Assembly (NCBI GenBank): GCA_002633005.1
Contig: NMRA01000535.1
Span: forward strand, 198,985 to 262,984
DNA: 64,000 nt
Direction: 5' to 3'
DNA from: Phoronis australis
Taxonomy: Eukaryota > Animalia > Phoronida
Within the stretch, counting starts at the first letter, position 1, and every line of letters begins with the position of its first letter. Position numbers and translations under genes: made by a program. Positions 12,801-27,800 of this stretch are shown here, one piece after another. Below the pieces are notes generated by a model, which was not told the DNA's origin, searched no databases, and worked only from the letters and a program-made list of their open reading frames with translations.

Positions 12801-15800
12801 TATCAACAGACACGGAAGGTATGATGCACTTATTGACTGAAATTAGAGAAATATGGACATGGAAGGTATGAAGCACTCATTAAGTGAGATTATGGAAATA
12901 TCAACGGTAAGTACAAACAAGTAAAGATGACGTAAGCTGAAATAGACACAGACAATGGTCAGGAATATGTGAATCTTAACATACAAATTTTGAATTATAA
13001 AAAGGATATTTTCCATAAAATATTTAAAATATATGAGAATGCAGCTATTAACTAAATTAAAAATGAGATGGACTTGAGTAATTACTTACTCTGCTGTATT
13101 GCTGACACTGTAGAAAGAACTTGCCAGACATGAAATGATTCTTTTCATTCTCAAAGTGGACAGCGATACTTTGATAATCTTCAGGCGTGGCATCAGGACC
13201 TGTGAATGGTTTTAATTAATATAAAAATCAATTCAAGTCACAGATTTATACTAACGCATACAAGCAAAGTCAGGGATCAGGAAATCAAGAAGAATTCATA
13301 TAATATTCATTTTCATTCATAGCTTTCCGTTCAATTTGAAGAGATAAATGAATACTTGAAGTTCCTTACTTGAGCAAATTTGCATTAATAACAGTAGTAA
13401 CGTGATAATTATGTAATGGTCATTCAATGCAGTCAGTTTCATTTACTCACACATTCAATGCAGTCAGTGTCATTTACTCACACACTCAATGCAGTCAGTG
13501 TCATTTACTCACATATTCAATGCAGTCAGTGTCATTTACTCACACATTCAATGCAGTCAGTGTCATTTACTCACACACTCAACGCAGTCAGTGTCATTTA
13601 CTCACATATTCAATGCAGTCAGTGTCATTTACTCACACATTCAATGCAGTCAGTGTCATTTACTCACACACTCAATGCAGTCAGTGTCATTTACTCACAT
13701 ACTCAATGCAGTCAGTGTCATTTACTCACATACTCAATGCAGTCAGTGTCATTTACTCAAATACTCAATGCAGTCAGTGTCATTTGCTCAAATATAGCTA
13801 AATTTCAATGGTATTATTTTTTTTAAAATTAAGTAACATTTACAAATTTGTTTCTTAACTGAGTAAAGCAATGTTATAATGAACAGATATGTAAATTTGT
13901 GAAAAAGACGAAGCTAAGTATAAAACAAAGCCATTTTACATTCAGTGCAAGCATGAATGACTAACAGCAGTGACATCTGTTATGTTCATTACTAAATAGT
14001 AGTCTAAGTTAATATACCAATTATTTCAGCATAAGTCTCCATCTGGCCGTGAGCTTGAGCCAGCTGGAAGGCTTCGTCATTACATTTAGACATCACCAGA
14101 AACTGGATGGCTGAGGCGTAATCACTGAGCTTCAGGAAGAATCTGCCAGAGAAACAGACCAAAGTCCATTTATAAGTTCAAAATGCATTGACAGGTGACA
14201 TATTGCACTGCAATCAGCACCATAAAGTCAATGAAACTGTGGTCAATTTACAGGTTTGTGTCACATCCAGTAGTATGTCTCATTCATCGTCATGTGACAT
14301 GAATAGTCCATCTTCACTGCAAAAGGCAGAATTGGTAAGGAACAGAAACCAAACATAAGGATACATCACACTAATGTTGAAAATTAGATATGTTGTTGTT
14401 TCACGCTCCAGTACCAGTCGTATGATTATGTTACAAAATATCATAAGGTGTCCTGTACCACTTTATGAACAAACAAAGTCACCACAAGACAAAATATTGA
14501 AACTAAAAGTGTACACAAAACTTAAGTCATCATGAGACAAGTTACGTAAGGTTGTCCTAAAATGGTTCAATAGACGCGCGTGTGCAATGTCACATCACCT
14601 GATTTGGAAGTGTGTGCACAGCCAAAACAGAAATGTTGTTGCGGTGAATGCATAAATTCTTCGGCAAAGTGCAGATCTGTTATTTTTAGGACTACCTATG
14701 GATAATAAGACCCTCCTTTCACTATGGATGACAGAACTTAGGAATACGTTGTATGTCAACCTGTGCACGAGGAACATTGTGTGGCCAAGACCCTGTGAGC
14801 CCCTGAACAAGTGCACAAGGAACATTGTGTGGCTAATATTGATTGAGAAGATTGGCCTGATTTTCTTTTTATCATTATGGACATGTATGCCTTGCCTATT
14901 TTTTGGAAATGGTAACTTATAAGTCCAAGTTGTGGTTGGGTAGCAATTGCTACAGGTCACTAAAATAAATGATTGATATTTGTTTGCTATAAAGAATAAT
15001 TTTCACAATGGTGACACAATAGGTAAAAACAACATTTCTGTGAAGTCAGGCAAGGTGGACTTGTAACATGAGCACCCAAACTTAGAGAGGAAGTCCACAC
15101 TCAGCAAAATGCTGTCTTCACTTTCATAACAGAAAACTGGGTCAAGTTGAGATGGGTGCGAGATTAAAGTAACCAGGCGACCATGTCCACTGGTGACCAT
15201 GTCCACTGGTGACCATGTCCACTGGTGACCATGTCCACTGGTGACCATGTCCACTGGTGACCATGTCCACTGGTGACCATGTCCACTGGTGACCATGTCC
15301 ACTGGTGACCATGTCCAATGGTGACCATGTCCACTGGTGACCATGTCCACTGGTGACCATGTCCACTGGTGACCATGTCCACTGAGTTGATTTTCAAATT
15401 AATAGCTTAATGCTCAACTGCTAATCTTGTCTATGCAGTACCACGTCAAATTTCTAATAAAAAGGTGATGTTTCTATCAATTTCAATTTAAATTTTGTAG
15501 CAATATTTTTGAAGTATGCTCTAATAATGTGGCCACATGTGTGGATGCATGAGAAGCAGACAACATACTTGGCCACCATTTTGGCTCCCTCTACAGACTG
15601 CACCTCTCTTACAATCCTCACAGCCTCCTCAGGATTCTGAAGATGATCAAGATGGATTCTGAAAGAAGTAAAAGAATTGATATCAGGAAACACCAACATT
15701 AAAGTCACCAGGTGGCGAGACCGTCTCATCCACGAATCCATTCACCTAGAACTGTCAAACAACATGTCATAGAAATGAAAGGAGTTTCATGAGTCCGTTC

Positions 15801-18800
15801 AAAAACAGTTTGGCGAAAGGGAAGGAGAAGAAGTATTCACTAGGTAAAATTGCTTTTGACGCTCTATATTATAAAATAATGTCATGTTTTTTCATCTAAA
15901 AGTAGCACACCTGGTTACATGTAGACATAATCTGACTCGATCTATGTAAGGCAAAACACTATAAGGGTTGGTTTGAAATGTAAATGACTGACATCTTGCA
16001 ACACTGGTATTTATCAAAAACTTGTTTTTTAACACAAACACAGATGTTGTAATAAATCTATTTAATCGCCATACCGGATCACATTGTCCCAGTCTTTCGC
16101 ATTCTCGTAGGCCTGAGCTGCTTCTTTGTATCGTCCATCTGCTTCTTTTGCCTTTGCGTACTGCGCGTGAATCTTAGGTGAGCTGACCTGGGGAAGTAGT
16201 TCCCCAACCTTGGCCCAGTTCTTACTGCGTATATACACAGAGGCGGCTTTGTCAAAGTAGTTCCCTTTCTCATAAAGAACAGCTGCCTCAGACCATTGCT
16301 GAAAATGACATACTGCTGTTGAGGTAATGTCGCACATGTTTGTGGTAGGACAAATCAACAAAAATAAGAATGTGCTAACGTTACCCTACATAAGAGTGTG
16401 CTCTGTTCACATGCTAACGTTACCCTACACAAGCATGTGGTCCGTTCACATGCCAACGTTAACCTACACAAGAGTTCACTGTTTGGCTGCCTCTACTATG
16501 TGCTACAGACTGTTAAACATTCCACATTGTTTTGATATTAGTCACAATTAATATTTGAAAATCATAATACGTGTAAATTGGTATAGGTTTTCAGAAAAGC
16601 TTAAAATATCTCCAAGATGAAGATGAAGTATTATGACTTCTTTTCTTTACTGAAACATTAACTTGAACTTACATGTGACACAAGTAAAAAAGGGTTGACT
16701 GTGAAGTTATTTCGTTCTCTTGAAATTGCCAACTAGATATTTTCTACAAGATATTGCATTATATTACATGAAGCTATTACAACCTAATGTTCTGTTTAAT
16801 ACAGAAACCAAATTTTAACAAGTCCTACAACAGCCAGAGAGTAACAATATCTTATGCACTAGAATGAGGGTCCACTAAATTTTCAAAAAACAGAATTTTG
16901 ATTAATACACTGCATTTTTATTACACATTTTTCTGACAAATCTGGACAAAAGGTTTTCCTGATCACAAATATAGCAGTACCAGTTGAAACACACCTTCAT
17001 TCCTTCCAAGATGGCTGCACACTCTTTCTTCAGAATTCTGCTTGGCATTTTGCTGGCCATGTTTGCCCCCCTGATGAAAAAATACTAACATTAATCAAAA
17101 TGGTTTAAAAACAACAATAAATAAAATTAGCGTTACAGTTTATATGCAGAATATATACTCAATATTATTCAAGATTCTAAAAAGTAAAAAATTCTTGTTA
17201 GGCCAGTCTTAAAAATATTTTTGTTTGCACTTACCCAATCCTACTTTTAAAATGTGGGGAAAAAACAAAAAAAAACAATTGCAGGCGGTCTGATACACGT
17301 TGTACCAGACGTGCGCAGGCCTCACATGTGGGCCCATATATATGGTTAAAACTGAGCTGAGGAGCTAAAAACCTGGCTCAAGGGTTTAGCAGTGTGACAT
17401 GATGGACCTCGAGTAAAGAAAGCGAGCACTTATCAACCAGGCCACACTGTCTCCTCTCAAAAAATGTGGGGAGGTAGGTAGGCAAAAAAAATTTTATAGC
17501 ATCATACAGGGCTCAACACAACGAGCTGCAGGTCGCATTTGCGACCTGAAATTTGGAAATGCGAGCTGAGATTTTTGTCGGATCATATCAAGTCGCAAAA
17601 TGCGACCTGGAACTTCCAACGAATGCAACCTGAGTTTTTAAACTCGTCAGCAGATACCTGGCAAATATAAAGCGACTCTAGTTAATCCGACCGTTATTTG
17701 GTTGTTGCCAAATCCAAGTTCAAATTTAAAGAATAATAACCAACAACAGCCCTCCCGATGACTTGCAGGCAAATCACGTGAACATGGATTATGCAAAATC
17801 GATCTTTGACGCATTTCATTAGCTAATATTCTCGGCCACTTTTGCAAATTTCCGGATTCGCTGAAGAAAGTTTCACGCCACTGCATAACACATGATAAAA
17901 CGTCACAAAACAGCAATGTTTCTAATAATTCTAAAGCGATCAACTTACAAACTTTGTGGTGGACAATGTTTATTTTTCGCGTAAGATGTCCTTATTACAT
18001 GTACCAAATATCCACGACAATATCCCTGATATCGCACTGCGGCACTGATCGGTCCCGTTGTTAGCGCGCAAGAGATCCCAGCAGACAATCATGACTTAGA
18101 GGTGTGTGCCTCATTTTTATTGCGTAAGACAGTCAAAGTGAATATGACAACCCTGTTAATCGCCAAATGACGGCCACGTCTTTACTACTTTCAGTTGCCA
18201 AGAAATTGTCAAACCCCCTTTACTTGTTTCTGGGGCTACGTGCGCAAAATATGATTTGTCTTCCACACGTTGTTGCCAACCTAAAGTATAGGCCTACTAC
18301 AGCCACTCAAGTACGTGAACTCACGCATAAGCACCACTTCAAAGTTGCATATCAAAAGATAACAGCGACAGTCCTAAATGAAAGAGTATACTGGCTTAGC
18401 TCTGTCAAGCATCCAGGCGCCAGTGGTTTATTTGAAAATGAACTCATAGATTCGCAGCGGTTATAAAAGACCCCGTGCTTTATGATATTCCCCGGGACCG
18501 ATATAAACCAGAACTGATATTTTCCTGTTCCAATGTTTCCCGAGATCGATGTTCCCTAAACCCTATATTCTATGCCTATAGCCAGCTATTGTAACTAAAC
18601 GGGTATTAGATGCGAAATGTAGTTAGCAAATTTTTTATTCTTCTCTTATACATCTCCCTCGGCAACTTTTCGCTCCCTAGGCCACTGTCACCATAAAATG
18701 TTCAAACTCCAATAGAAACACTATTGTTCCGGCTGAAGCGGGCAATTAAAAACAAAATTATTCCAGGTGGCTAAAAGGGTACAGTTTAGGTGGCAACGAT

Positions 18801-21800
18801 ATCCATAAAATCACCCCCACTAGATGGAGTTTGCCTCGCAAAATCAGATTATTACAATGCTTCTTACCATTGTAGACTTTTAATATCTTATTACTGCAAA
18901 CACTCGGGTTAACGACTATGCTCATGCATGCTCCTACTCCCTACCTTTGAAGTGTTTCATAATAAGCGCTCACTGATCTAATAAGCGTTCCCCCTCAACG
19001 TTTGAGAATTTCCAATTAAGCGCCCACAGTTCAGGTTAGCGCCCATCATAGCGCACTACAAATGACCGTGCGTGGTTTAAAATTGACACGCAGCCTATAT
19101 GGTGCGTCACTCTCATTTTACACAACAAATTCAGTTTTCAAGAAACATATTTTCTCAAAATGTAAAAACCAAATCCCGGCTTTGTTTTATACCTCCGAAA
19201 GAAAGTTAACACTAGTGACATGCATGTCGTTTTGTGACCGACCTATTTTTCGCATACTTGGAAAGTATTGAGGAGCAAAGTCATCATTACACAAAGGAAA
19301 CCCACACGGAGTCGGGAATTATTTCAAGGCTATTCATTTCATGCAAAACTAATTTTTGAGTAGTACGTAAACAGCAAGTACCACATTTTTGTTGCGAAAA
19401 TTGCACTGAATTGTTTCCACGCATCCACAGATTTTTTTCAAAAGATGTTTTTCAAACGTCGAATTAAGTTGCAAAATTTGGAATGCGCACAAAAAGTGGA
19501 GGGAATTTGCGCTTGTAGTAAGTTTGAATCTTTAACGACTTCAATGACAGTCAGCAGCAGGTCAGACCTAGCAAAATCCCTGATACTTTTTCAACGGGCA
19601 TTTTCTCCCTTTTCACATCGCAAACTTAGCTACTTGAATGCACGTGTCAGTTAGACAGCACTGATTCAACTTTAACTTCGGCAACTTGCCTTGTGCTCTA
19701 GAGCCTTTCAATGGTGGTCGTGAAGAACAGTAATGCCGTACCTGCATGAACGAAGTCAATTTTGCGATCACAAATTTGTGAATATTTTACACTGTAGGTA
19801 AGAGCATAATCTAAACATTTTCTCGATGATCTCAAAAAATCAATTTTGGCAGGAAATTTTGTGACCAGGCATTTATGAATGTGAGCTGGATTTTGAGAAT
19901 GCGACCTGGAATTTTAGCTAGGTTGCAAAGTGTGACCTGGTGATTTTAATAGCATCGAGCCCTGTCATAAATCAATTTTGCTTCTACTTCTCAAACAATA
20001 AGACACACCTTCTTCAAGAGTCTTTAGAAATTAACAATTCATGCTGAAGATTTTGTTGAAGGATTTTTGCCCGTTTTTTGTAACTGTACAACCAAGTAAG
20101 GACTTATTCCTGGGCTGAGTCATCAATCAAACAAAAGTGTGAAATTGATCACAGCACTTCATGTAGAGTAATAAACAAAATGTCAGAGCAATTTTGTCAA
20201 TAAAATTTTCTGAATCAGCGAGTTTTTAGGGGGTCAGTCAGGTAAGGGCAAAATAATGAACTTAATATTTATTTAGGCCTTATTTATGCATCAACTTCTC
20301 TGTTACCTAGAACATTCAAAATCTGAAATTTTGACCATACTCACTTCCAGGAGTACTACAATTTGAGAACCAGTTAGATGTCTATTATTAAATGGAGAAA
20401 ACTGGTTCACAAAATGTGAGACCCCTGTAAGCCACTATTACTAACTAAAATTTCAATAAAAAATTAAGTAACGTACATAGAGGAAAAGTAGACAATAACA
20501 GAACATTGGTGTCAAGATCACAAACTGTTTATTTAAAAATCTCACTTTTATTTTTTAACTTCAAGAAGTTTCCATCAAGTGAAATCAGTTGAAATTCAAG
20601 TGAAACAGAATACAAGTACTAAGTTAAACTTCCTAAGATATATGAAAAGTAACAACTCAGTAAGAAATTCAACAACATTGCCAGGCAAAAGCATCAAATG
20701 CCGAGTCTAGAATGAGATTAAAAAAGCATAACCCCTCACCTGCGTATATCACCCAGGCGGATAGACATGCGTGCCACTCCAGCAGCGCAAGCCTCGTCGT
20801 GCTCGCGCTGATCAGGATCCCGTGTCACTCCCTTCTCGTAATGCATCAGAGCATTAGTGTAGTCTCCAGTGAACTCCAACTGTTGAGCATACTCCTTAGA
20901 AATGAACGGAATCTGATCAGGAGCGAGAGCCTTGGCCAGTTGAAGAGCAGAGTCCCAGTGAAGGAGATCACGTCTCATCTGTGGTCAATCACAATGAGTG
21001 TGGATCAAGGTCAGAAAGTTTAGGAAAGTATAAGTTAAGGCTCATGCTAAATACTTAAAAAATGATTTTGACTTTTTTGATAAATGAAATATGGCTCATC
21101 CTTATAGGAGTTTTGATGATAGAATTAAATTCCGTTTACATTGTAGAAACAACAAAATGTAAGAAGCCATACAAAATGTAAATGTTCTATCTCCAGCATT
21201 CAAGTTTGTAAAGATGCCTTGTGCATGTTTTTGTAGAGATGCCTAGTGCATGTTATTGTAGAGATGCCTTGTGCAGGTTTTTGTAGAGGTGCCTTGTGCA
21301 GGTTTTTGCTCTAAAGAGTATTAATGTGCTGCGAGAATGCTTGACAGATGTGCAGATGAAGTTGGCGAAGTTGTAAAAAGTGGAAAACAAAAAAATGATA
21401 CTAGAGTTTTGACATTAGTCACATTACCATCCTCATTTACAATTGTCAGGCAGAAAACAAACTATCGTAAACAGTATGTTCACTTCACGTCACAATACAT
21501 GGCATAAGATCTGTCAAATAAAAACTCTACCACAACTCCAATTCCTAATGAGTGACCTATCAGCATGGAGTGTCTGTATGATCCAGTTGTCAAGGTCTAA
21601 ATATCAACAGGCAACAAATACCGTACTTAACTTCAGGTGGCGCTTTCTACCTACATGTGAATAAAAAATTTCATTGCTTTGTCCACAATCCTATCTATGA
21701 CAAGTACATTAACTAGAGAACTTGCACAAGTTCACTGGATGTTCCAACATACCTCCAGTGCTGCCACGGGATAGCTAGACTGTATGAACAAGTCTTGAGC

Positions 21801-24800
21801 CAGGTTATAGTCACCGGTGAACATGGCTATGTAGCCCATCAACAAACTGTGGTCTTCAAGGTTCTGAGATTAAAGAAAACACACTTACAAAAACGCACAA
21901 ACACCATGAGTGTTAAAGGTCATTAGAAGGTGAACGATTGTGAGCAACAGATGACACCTAATGACAATGGCAAAGTAGGCATCAGCTTAAATGGAAAGCC
22001 AACGTTTTCAGAAATTTGCTTAAAGGAGAATGCTACCAAAAAAACAACGTATTTTGAATCGATTTAGATTGAGTAGTTCCACTCGATAACAGCAAGTAAT
22101 CAGTTCTTTTACCTGACACTTGACAGCAGACAAACATGCTGAAATTAACTGATGACGTCATAGGTTCTAACACAGTCTTTTCAGCAGTTCACAAGACGCT
22201 TACTCAGTGTCAGCTTATCAATTGACTTCATCGCTTTACACCAATAAATCATTAAAATGCAATGAAAAACCCTTACAAAAACACTGACTGTTTAAACAAA
22301 CGATTTGTTTTATTCCACTGTTACGGATTTATACAAGTTTTTAAGGAACTGTAGCCTACAAAGATTGGTAGCTAACTTACCGAGGTTGGTTGCAGTAATT
22401 AAATTTGGGTCTGTTTGGTGATAAATTAGAATTATTCTTCCGTCAAATACAGACAAGAGAGCATAGCTGTGAGATTTGATTTTAGACTTGCGAATATTTT
22501 CAGTTCTTAACACACAAAACGCTCGGTATAGACCTAATTCACGCTGAAAGGAGGCGCGTTCCAAAACGAGGCTCACTGGGATAGCTTTGTTGGCTTATTG
22601 GCATAGTTGTATTCCGCGTTGCTCGAACAGTTGGAAAAAATATGGACACTCAACTGTCTGTTTCACAATCCCTAAGGATGTTGAGATTTGGAAGTGTTGG
22701 GTTGTTGCCATACGCCGCGACGAAGGAAAATATTTCCGTTGCTTCTCGGTTGCTGAACATCATAGCACCGACCGTGCTGTGCTTTCATGACTACGGGTTG
22801 AAACGTGATGCATTTTTCTTTCCAAAAAGCCGGGACAGGGCCCTCAATTCCTCAAATTTGGGGCGGAGTATCGGCCCTATTTCCCTCTCAAAAATATTGA
22901 AAAATAACGTGATATTCCCCCCAACGAGGCTTGAAAATTCCCCTAGTGATTGAAAGTTTCTCTCCTAAGTTCAAATTACCTGTAACCATACAGGTGAGAA
23001 TTTGATAAGGAACAAAATGTTACTTGAGACAGAGCTAACAACAGGGCGGGGGTGCTATTGATTGTGATCGCGAGGTAGATTTCTCCCTCACTCGGCGAAA
23101 AATTGTTCTCTCAGAAGGCACATGCACCTTTCCCCTCGGATGAACGATGCCTCTGAAGAAATATGATAACTATGCTTGCTCTGTCCAGTTAACTGAAGTT
23201 GAGCTCTAAAACAAGGTTATGCTTTGGATGACTGAATTAGGTGTTTTAATTTTAAATTCCAGTTGGTCCAGATTGATATTTGAAACCTAACATATGAAAT
23301 AGACGTAAGAATTTTTAAAAAAGCTTAAAAGAACTTGAAACAATGAAATTGAAAAGCATCAAGTACAATATTCCACCATCTTCTGTTAAAACATACCTCT
23401 ATCTTCTGAAGGGATATCACCATTCCAACATCACCGATATGTCGATATACACGAATGGCTAGAAAGAAATTGAGACAATATTTAAAGACAATGAAAATAC
23501 AAAGTAACAATAATGAACAAACAACAGGTGACTCAGTAATCACTGGGTGGCACAAAGGAAGAAAGGGATGCATTCAGTACGACATGAACAGACTGAGTAC
23601 AGAGAAATGTTCACCATCACTAATGATGTCATCTTATTGGTGCGTCAAATATCAGAAAATTTCATGAGACACAATGGAGTACATACAATATGAACCATGA
23701 CATAGATCAGACCCTCTTTTTGACATTATGGCATCGTATTATGTGGCCCAAGGCATGAACTTGATCACGTGGCAGCAAGTCCACCTCACCATCATTCTGA
23801 GGACGACTGCTGACAATGACAGTCGAAAACATTCAATTAATAGTAAGTACACGACTTTCTCATGAAATTCACCTGATAAAAGTACTAGGTGATGACTTAA
23901 ATGCATGGATTTTTACAGGTAGTATTTATTTCATCAGTGCAAACTAATGAATTTCTTCAAGGACCTCATTCAGAGAATTACTTTAACGGAATACAAGTTT
24001 GTTAAAACATATCCGCTAAATGACAGTTTTTAATTCAATCCAATCCTTATTATCCACGAAACACACAAAATTTCCAATTAACACTTAAAAGAATGTATTG
24101 TACCAATAGAGTAAATCCAGACTGATAGGCTCTATTGACACATTCTATAACAACTGCATAATTTATTATGATTTATTATAATAAATTTATTGTAATGATA
24201 GTAGGCAGCCGTACAGAAGTCAATCTCCAGACATTTCATGGCAGCCACTCCCAAGTCCACCCAGGCATCCTTGCTGTTGAGGTAATGACAGTAGACCCAG
24301 GCATCTTTAAACCGACCAAGGGCTATACACTGTTCTATGTTCTTTTTCAACTGAAAAACATTAGCGCTAATTGTTAGGCTTGAAATCACTCCAAACATTT
24401 TACATAAAAATAAACAAATATTAAAACAGAATTGATAAAATTACTACTTCTAACAGTAATTCTAATCACTTATTTCACACAAGCTAGTTATTGCCAAAAT
24501 GACCATTTTCTCTTTTTCAAAGCATTATTACCTCGCTACAAATAAATCATGTGAACTTGGACGGACGGATAGACAGGGATGATGGCATAGTGTACCCGCA
24601 TATAAATATGTTAGACACTGCATAAAAATTATCAAAAGTTTCATTCATCAATAAAATGTACATTTGCACAGTCATTTGTCAACAAGGATGTTGGACTGGA
24701 TTAAACTGACACTATGCACATATCAGACTCAAACTTACACTAATATGCACATATCAGACTCAAAATTACACTATGCACATATCAGACTCAAACTTACACT

Positions 24801-27800
24801 AATATGCACATATCAGACTCAAACTTACACTATGCACATATCAGACTCAAACTTTGACTATGCACATAATCAGACACAAACTTACACTAATATGCACGTA
24901 TCGGACTCAAACTTACACTATGCACATATCCGACTCAAACTTACACTAATGTGCACATATCAGACTCAAACTTACACTATGCACATATCAGACTCAAACT
25001 TACACTATGCACATATCTGACTCAAACTTACACTACGCACATATCAGACTCAAACTTACAATATGCACATATCACACTCAAACTTACACTAATATGCACA
25101 TATCAGACTCAAACTTTACTCAAGACTGACCAATCATAGGGAGTACTTCGTGTAAAGATTTGAAATTCACAGTCCTTTAACCTGATTGGTGATTTTTTTA
25201 GAGCTCACAGCCTGTGCATCACGATCAAACAAGACACTTGCATTGAACAATGCACCACCAATAATTTTGATCTGCAAAACAAACACGTACCTGTGCTTGC
25301 TGCATTTCTTGTGGCTTGTCCTCAATATTCGGGTGTGTCTCCAGATACGTGGTGGACACCTTGCCACTAGGTGTCTGCAGCGTCACCTCACCACTATGCA
25401 ACATTAGAGGCACAAGACCGTGGGGCAGTTTGGATGTGCCTGCAAGCTGGCAGCTGGAACCTGCAACAAAGAAGTTACAGTTGTATTGGGAAAGAGTTTA
25501 TATTATGTGACTAATGAAACCTGCAGTACTTAACAGAGTTAGTAATCAACAATGTGAGCCTATCTAAACACATGCCTGAGCTCAGTTCTGCAGACTGCAA
25601 GATCTTGACTTGCCCTTGTGGCTAACAATCTTAACATGAGTAATGGTAACATGGAGCCTCAATCTCATGTATCACTAATTCTATCCCATAATTCAGCATT
25701 CTAACCTCGCCAACCAACCACTTCAATGGCCACCACTTTGCTAGGACAGACCAAGTAAGCTCCAGAACATATCCAACTTGGCATGAAAGGCTGTTTAGGT
25801 TTCAATTTGTTGGCAACATTTTAACCTTTTCCACGATGATCAGGTCAACAAGAAGAGCAACATGCAGCATTGAAATGTGCCCACAAATGCACCGCAAACG
25901 GTGTGCTTCTACGAGTGTTCATTTGTATGATAAAATGGTCATTAGATGGCGCAACATATGTTGAATACATCTGAAACATGTCTTTGTTTCTTTAATACAA
26001 AGCTATTTACTAAATTTCATAAAAATCTGTCAATAAACTTCAAAGAAACAGTGGAAAATGGAAAAAATGAAATTGCCACTATGAGGCACAGTGTTCAACA
26101 GATCCACTGAAAGTTGACGTCGTCCGTTGTCAACTTCATATGAATACATTTGTTAAATTTAATAAAGATCCTGCAGTGAATTTAAGAGATACAGCTATAG
26201 GCGCAAAAAACTGCCACTAGGGGGCACCACCACAAAAGTCGGAAATTTCATCGTCAACAGTCCACTTCGCACTAAGAACATATATGCCAATTTTCACTAT
26301 CCTCCATAGAGGGGCAAACGTAAAAACAGACTCGAAAACAGTAAAAATGGCCACTAGGTGTCGCAAAATACCTTGAATCCATTCAAAAATGGAAGGATAT
26401 TGTCATCTCACTAACTGATGCCTATGTGCCTAATTTCATATCCGTTGAGGACCTTTCAAGATACAGACTGAGGTAAGTGTAAAAAAACTAAAACTCCCAC
26501 TTGTAGTCGGATTCGTCCAAAATTTGTCGTCATCTGTGGTCAGCTTCATAGAAACATCTGTCAAATCTCATCAAGATCCTGTAAGGGGAGATACAGCTGC
26601 TGACGCCTGACAGCAGACGATGGATGCCCGATGCCCAGACAGAGATGACAGCAATATAAAGAATTAACCCAGATATGAATATGTGGGTGCATAAAAATGA
26701 AATAAAAAGTTCCACAACATCACACTAGCAAATTAAACATCAATAAAAATGTCACTTCCACATGTTGAACATACATATTATTTGATAAATTAAATATAAA
26801 TTAAAGCCGGGATGCAACATGATGCAACATGATGCAACATGATGCAACATGATGCAACATGATGCAACATGATGCAACATGATGCAACATGATGCATTGA
26901 AAAGGTCCATAATTACACTTAGTTGCCTAATCAACAAAATCTTGTTCAAAATTGTTCACTTATTATAAACGAGAGGCTGCTCAGACAATCCTTACCACTG
27001 ACAATTTCTCTAAAGTAAACGTAAGTGTACATCTTCTCCTCATCATAGGCAATGAAGACACCTTTATCAGGCATCCAGTTGTCCCATAGTATACCCCCAA
27101 CCCCAGGAGGGAACTCAGGGATCTCAATCACCTGATCATTCACCTGAGATAACGAAAAGTAAAGAGTCACACGTCTGGAGTTTTCCAAAATGACAAATAT
27201 CTTCTCGTCAAAACATCAATGAAATTACAATAATAACTGCAGTGGCATTACTTTAAAAAAAAACTCTTAAATTGTTTTATTTTTAAGAAGTCATTGCTAC
27301 AGTGCCTTTAAATTCAAGGGGACTTTTCAACTAAATTGAACAAAAATAATTTGTAAAGCTTATAATTAACTTTGCTCATGAATTATCAAGTCACATAACT
27401 TAATTTAATATAAAATGTAAGACCGCTGTAAAATAAAATTTGCTATATTCACAGGAAATGAATGAACTTAAAACTATTTTGAAAAAAACTTTGGTTACAG
27501 TAACTACAGTAAAATAGGCTAGATGTGATAAGTAAATAAAATAGATGTTGGAATGCCATACAGTTTCCGAGGGATAAGAAGAGTAAAATAAAGTAAAACG
27601 ATTGTAAGTACTAAAAATTGAAATATTTTCCACATTTCGAGCAGTACGCTCTTTATCAAGGGCATGACACAGACTGATGAATAGACAGATGTGATATTTT
27701 TAGTCATTAACTAAACACCTGTATTGTGACAAACTCAAAGCATATTTCAAGAACCTTTTGTTATCCTTTGATTACACCACAATCAACATACACAACAATC

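Noticed and set aside
10247-15397. Repetitive ORFs ([40 protein letters not shown])
   Set aside because: Translations of minisatellites, open in several frames, inside WDR19 introns
17400-17450. Minus-strand A-box-like sequence (TGGCCTGGTTGATAAG) suggesting a tRNA/SINE
   Set aside because: No B box or cloverleaf
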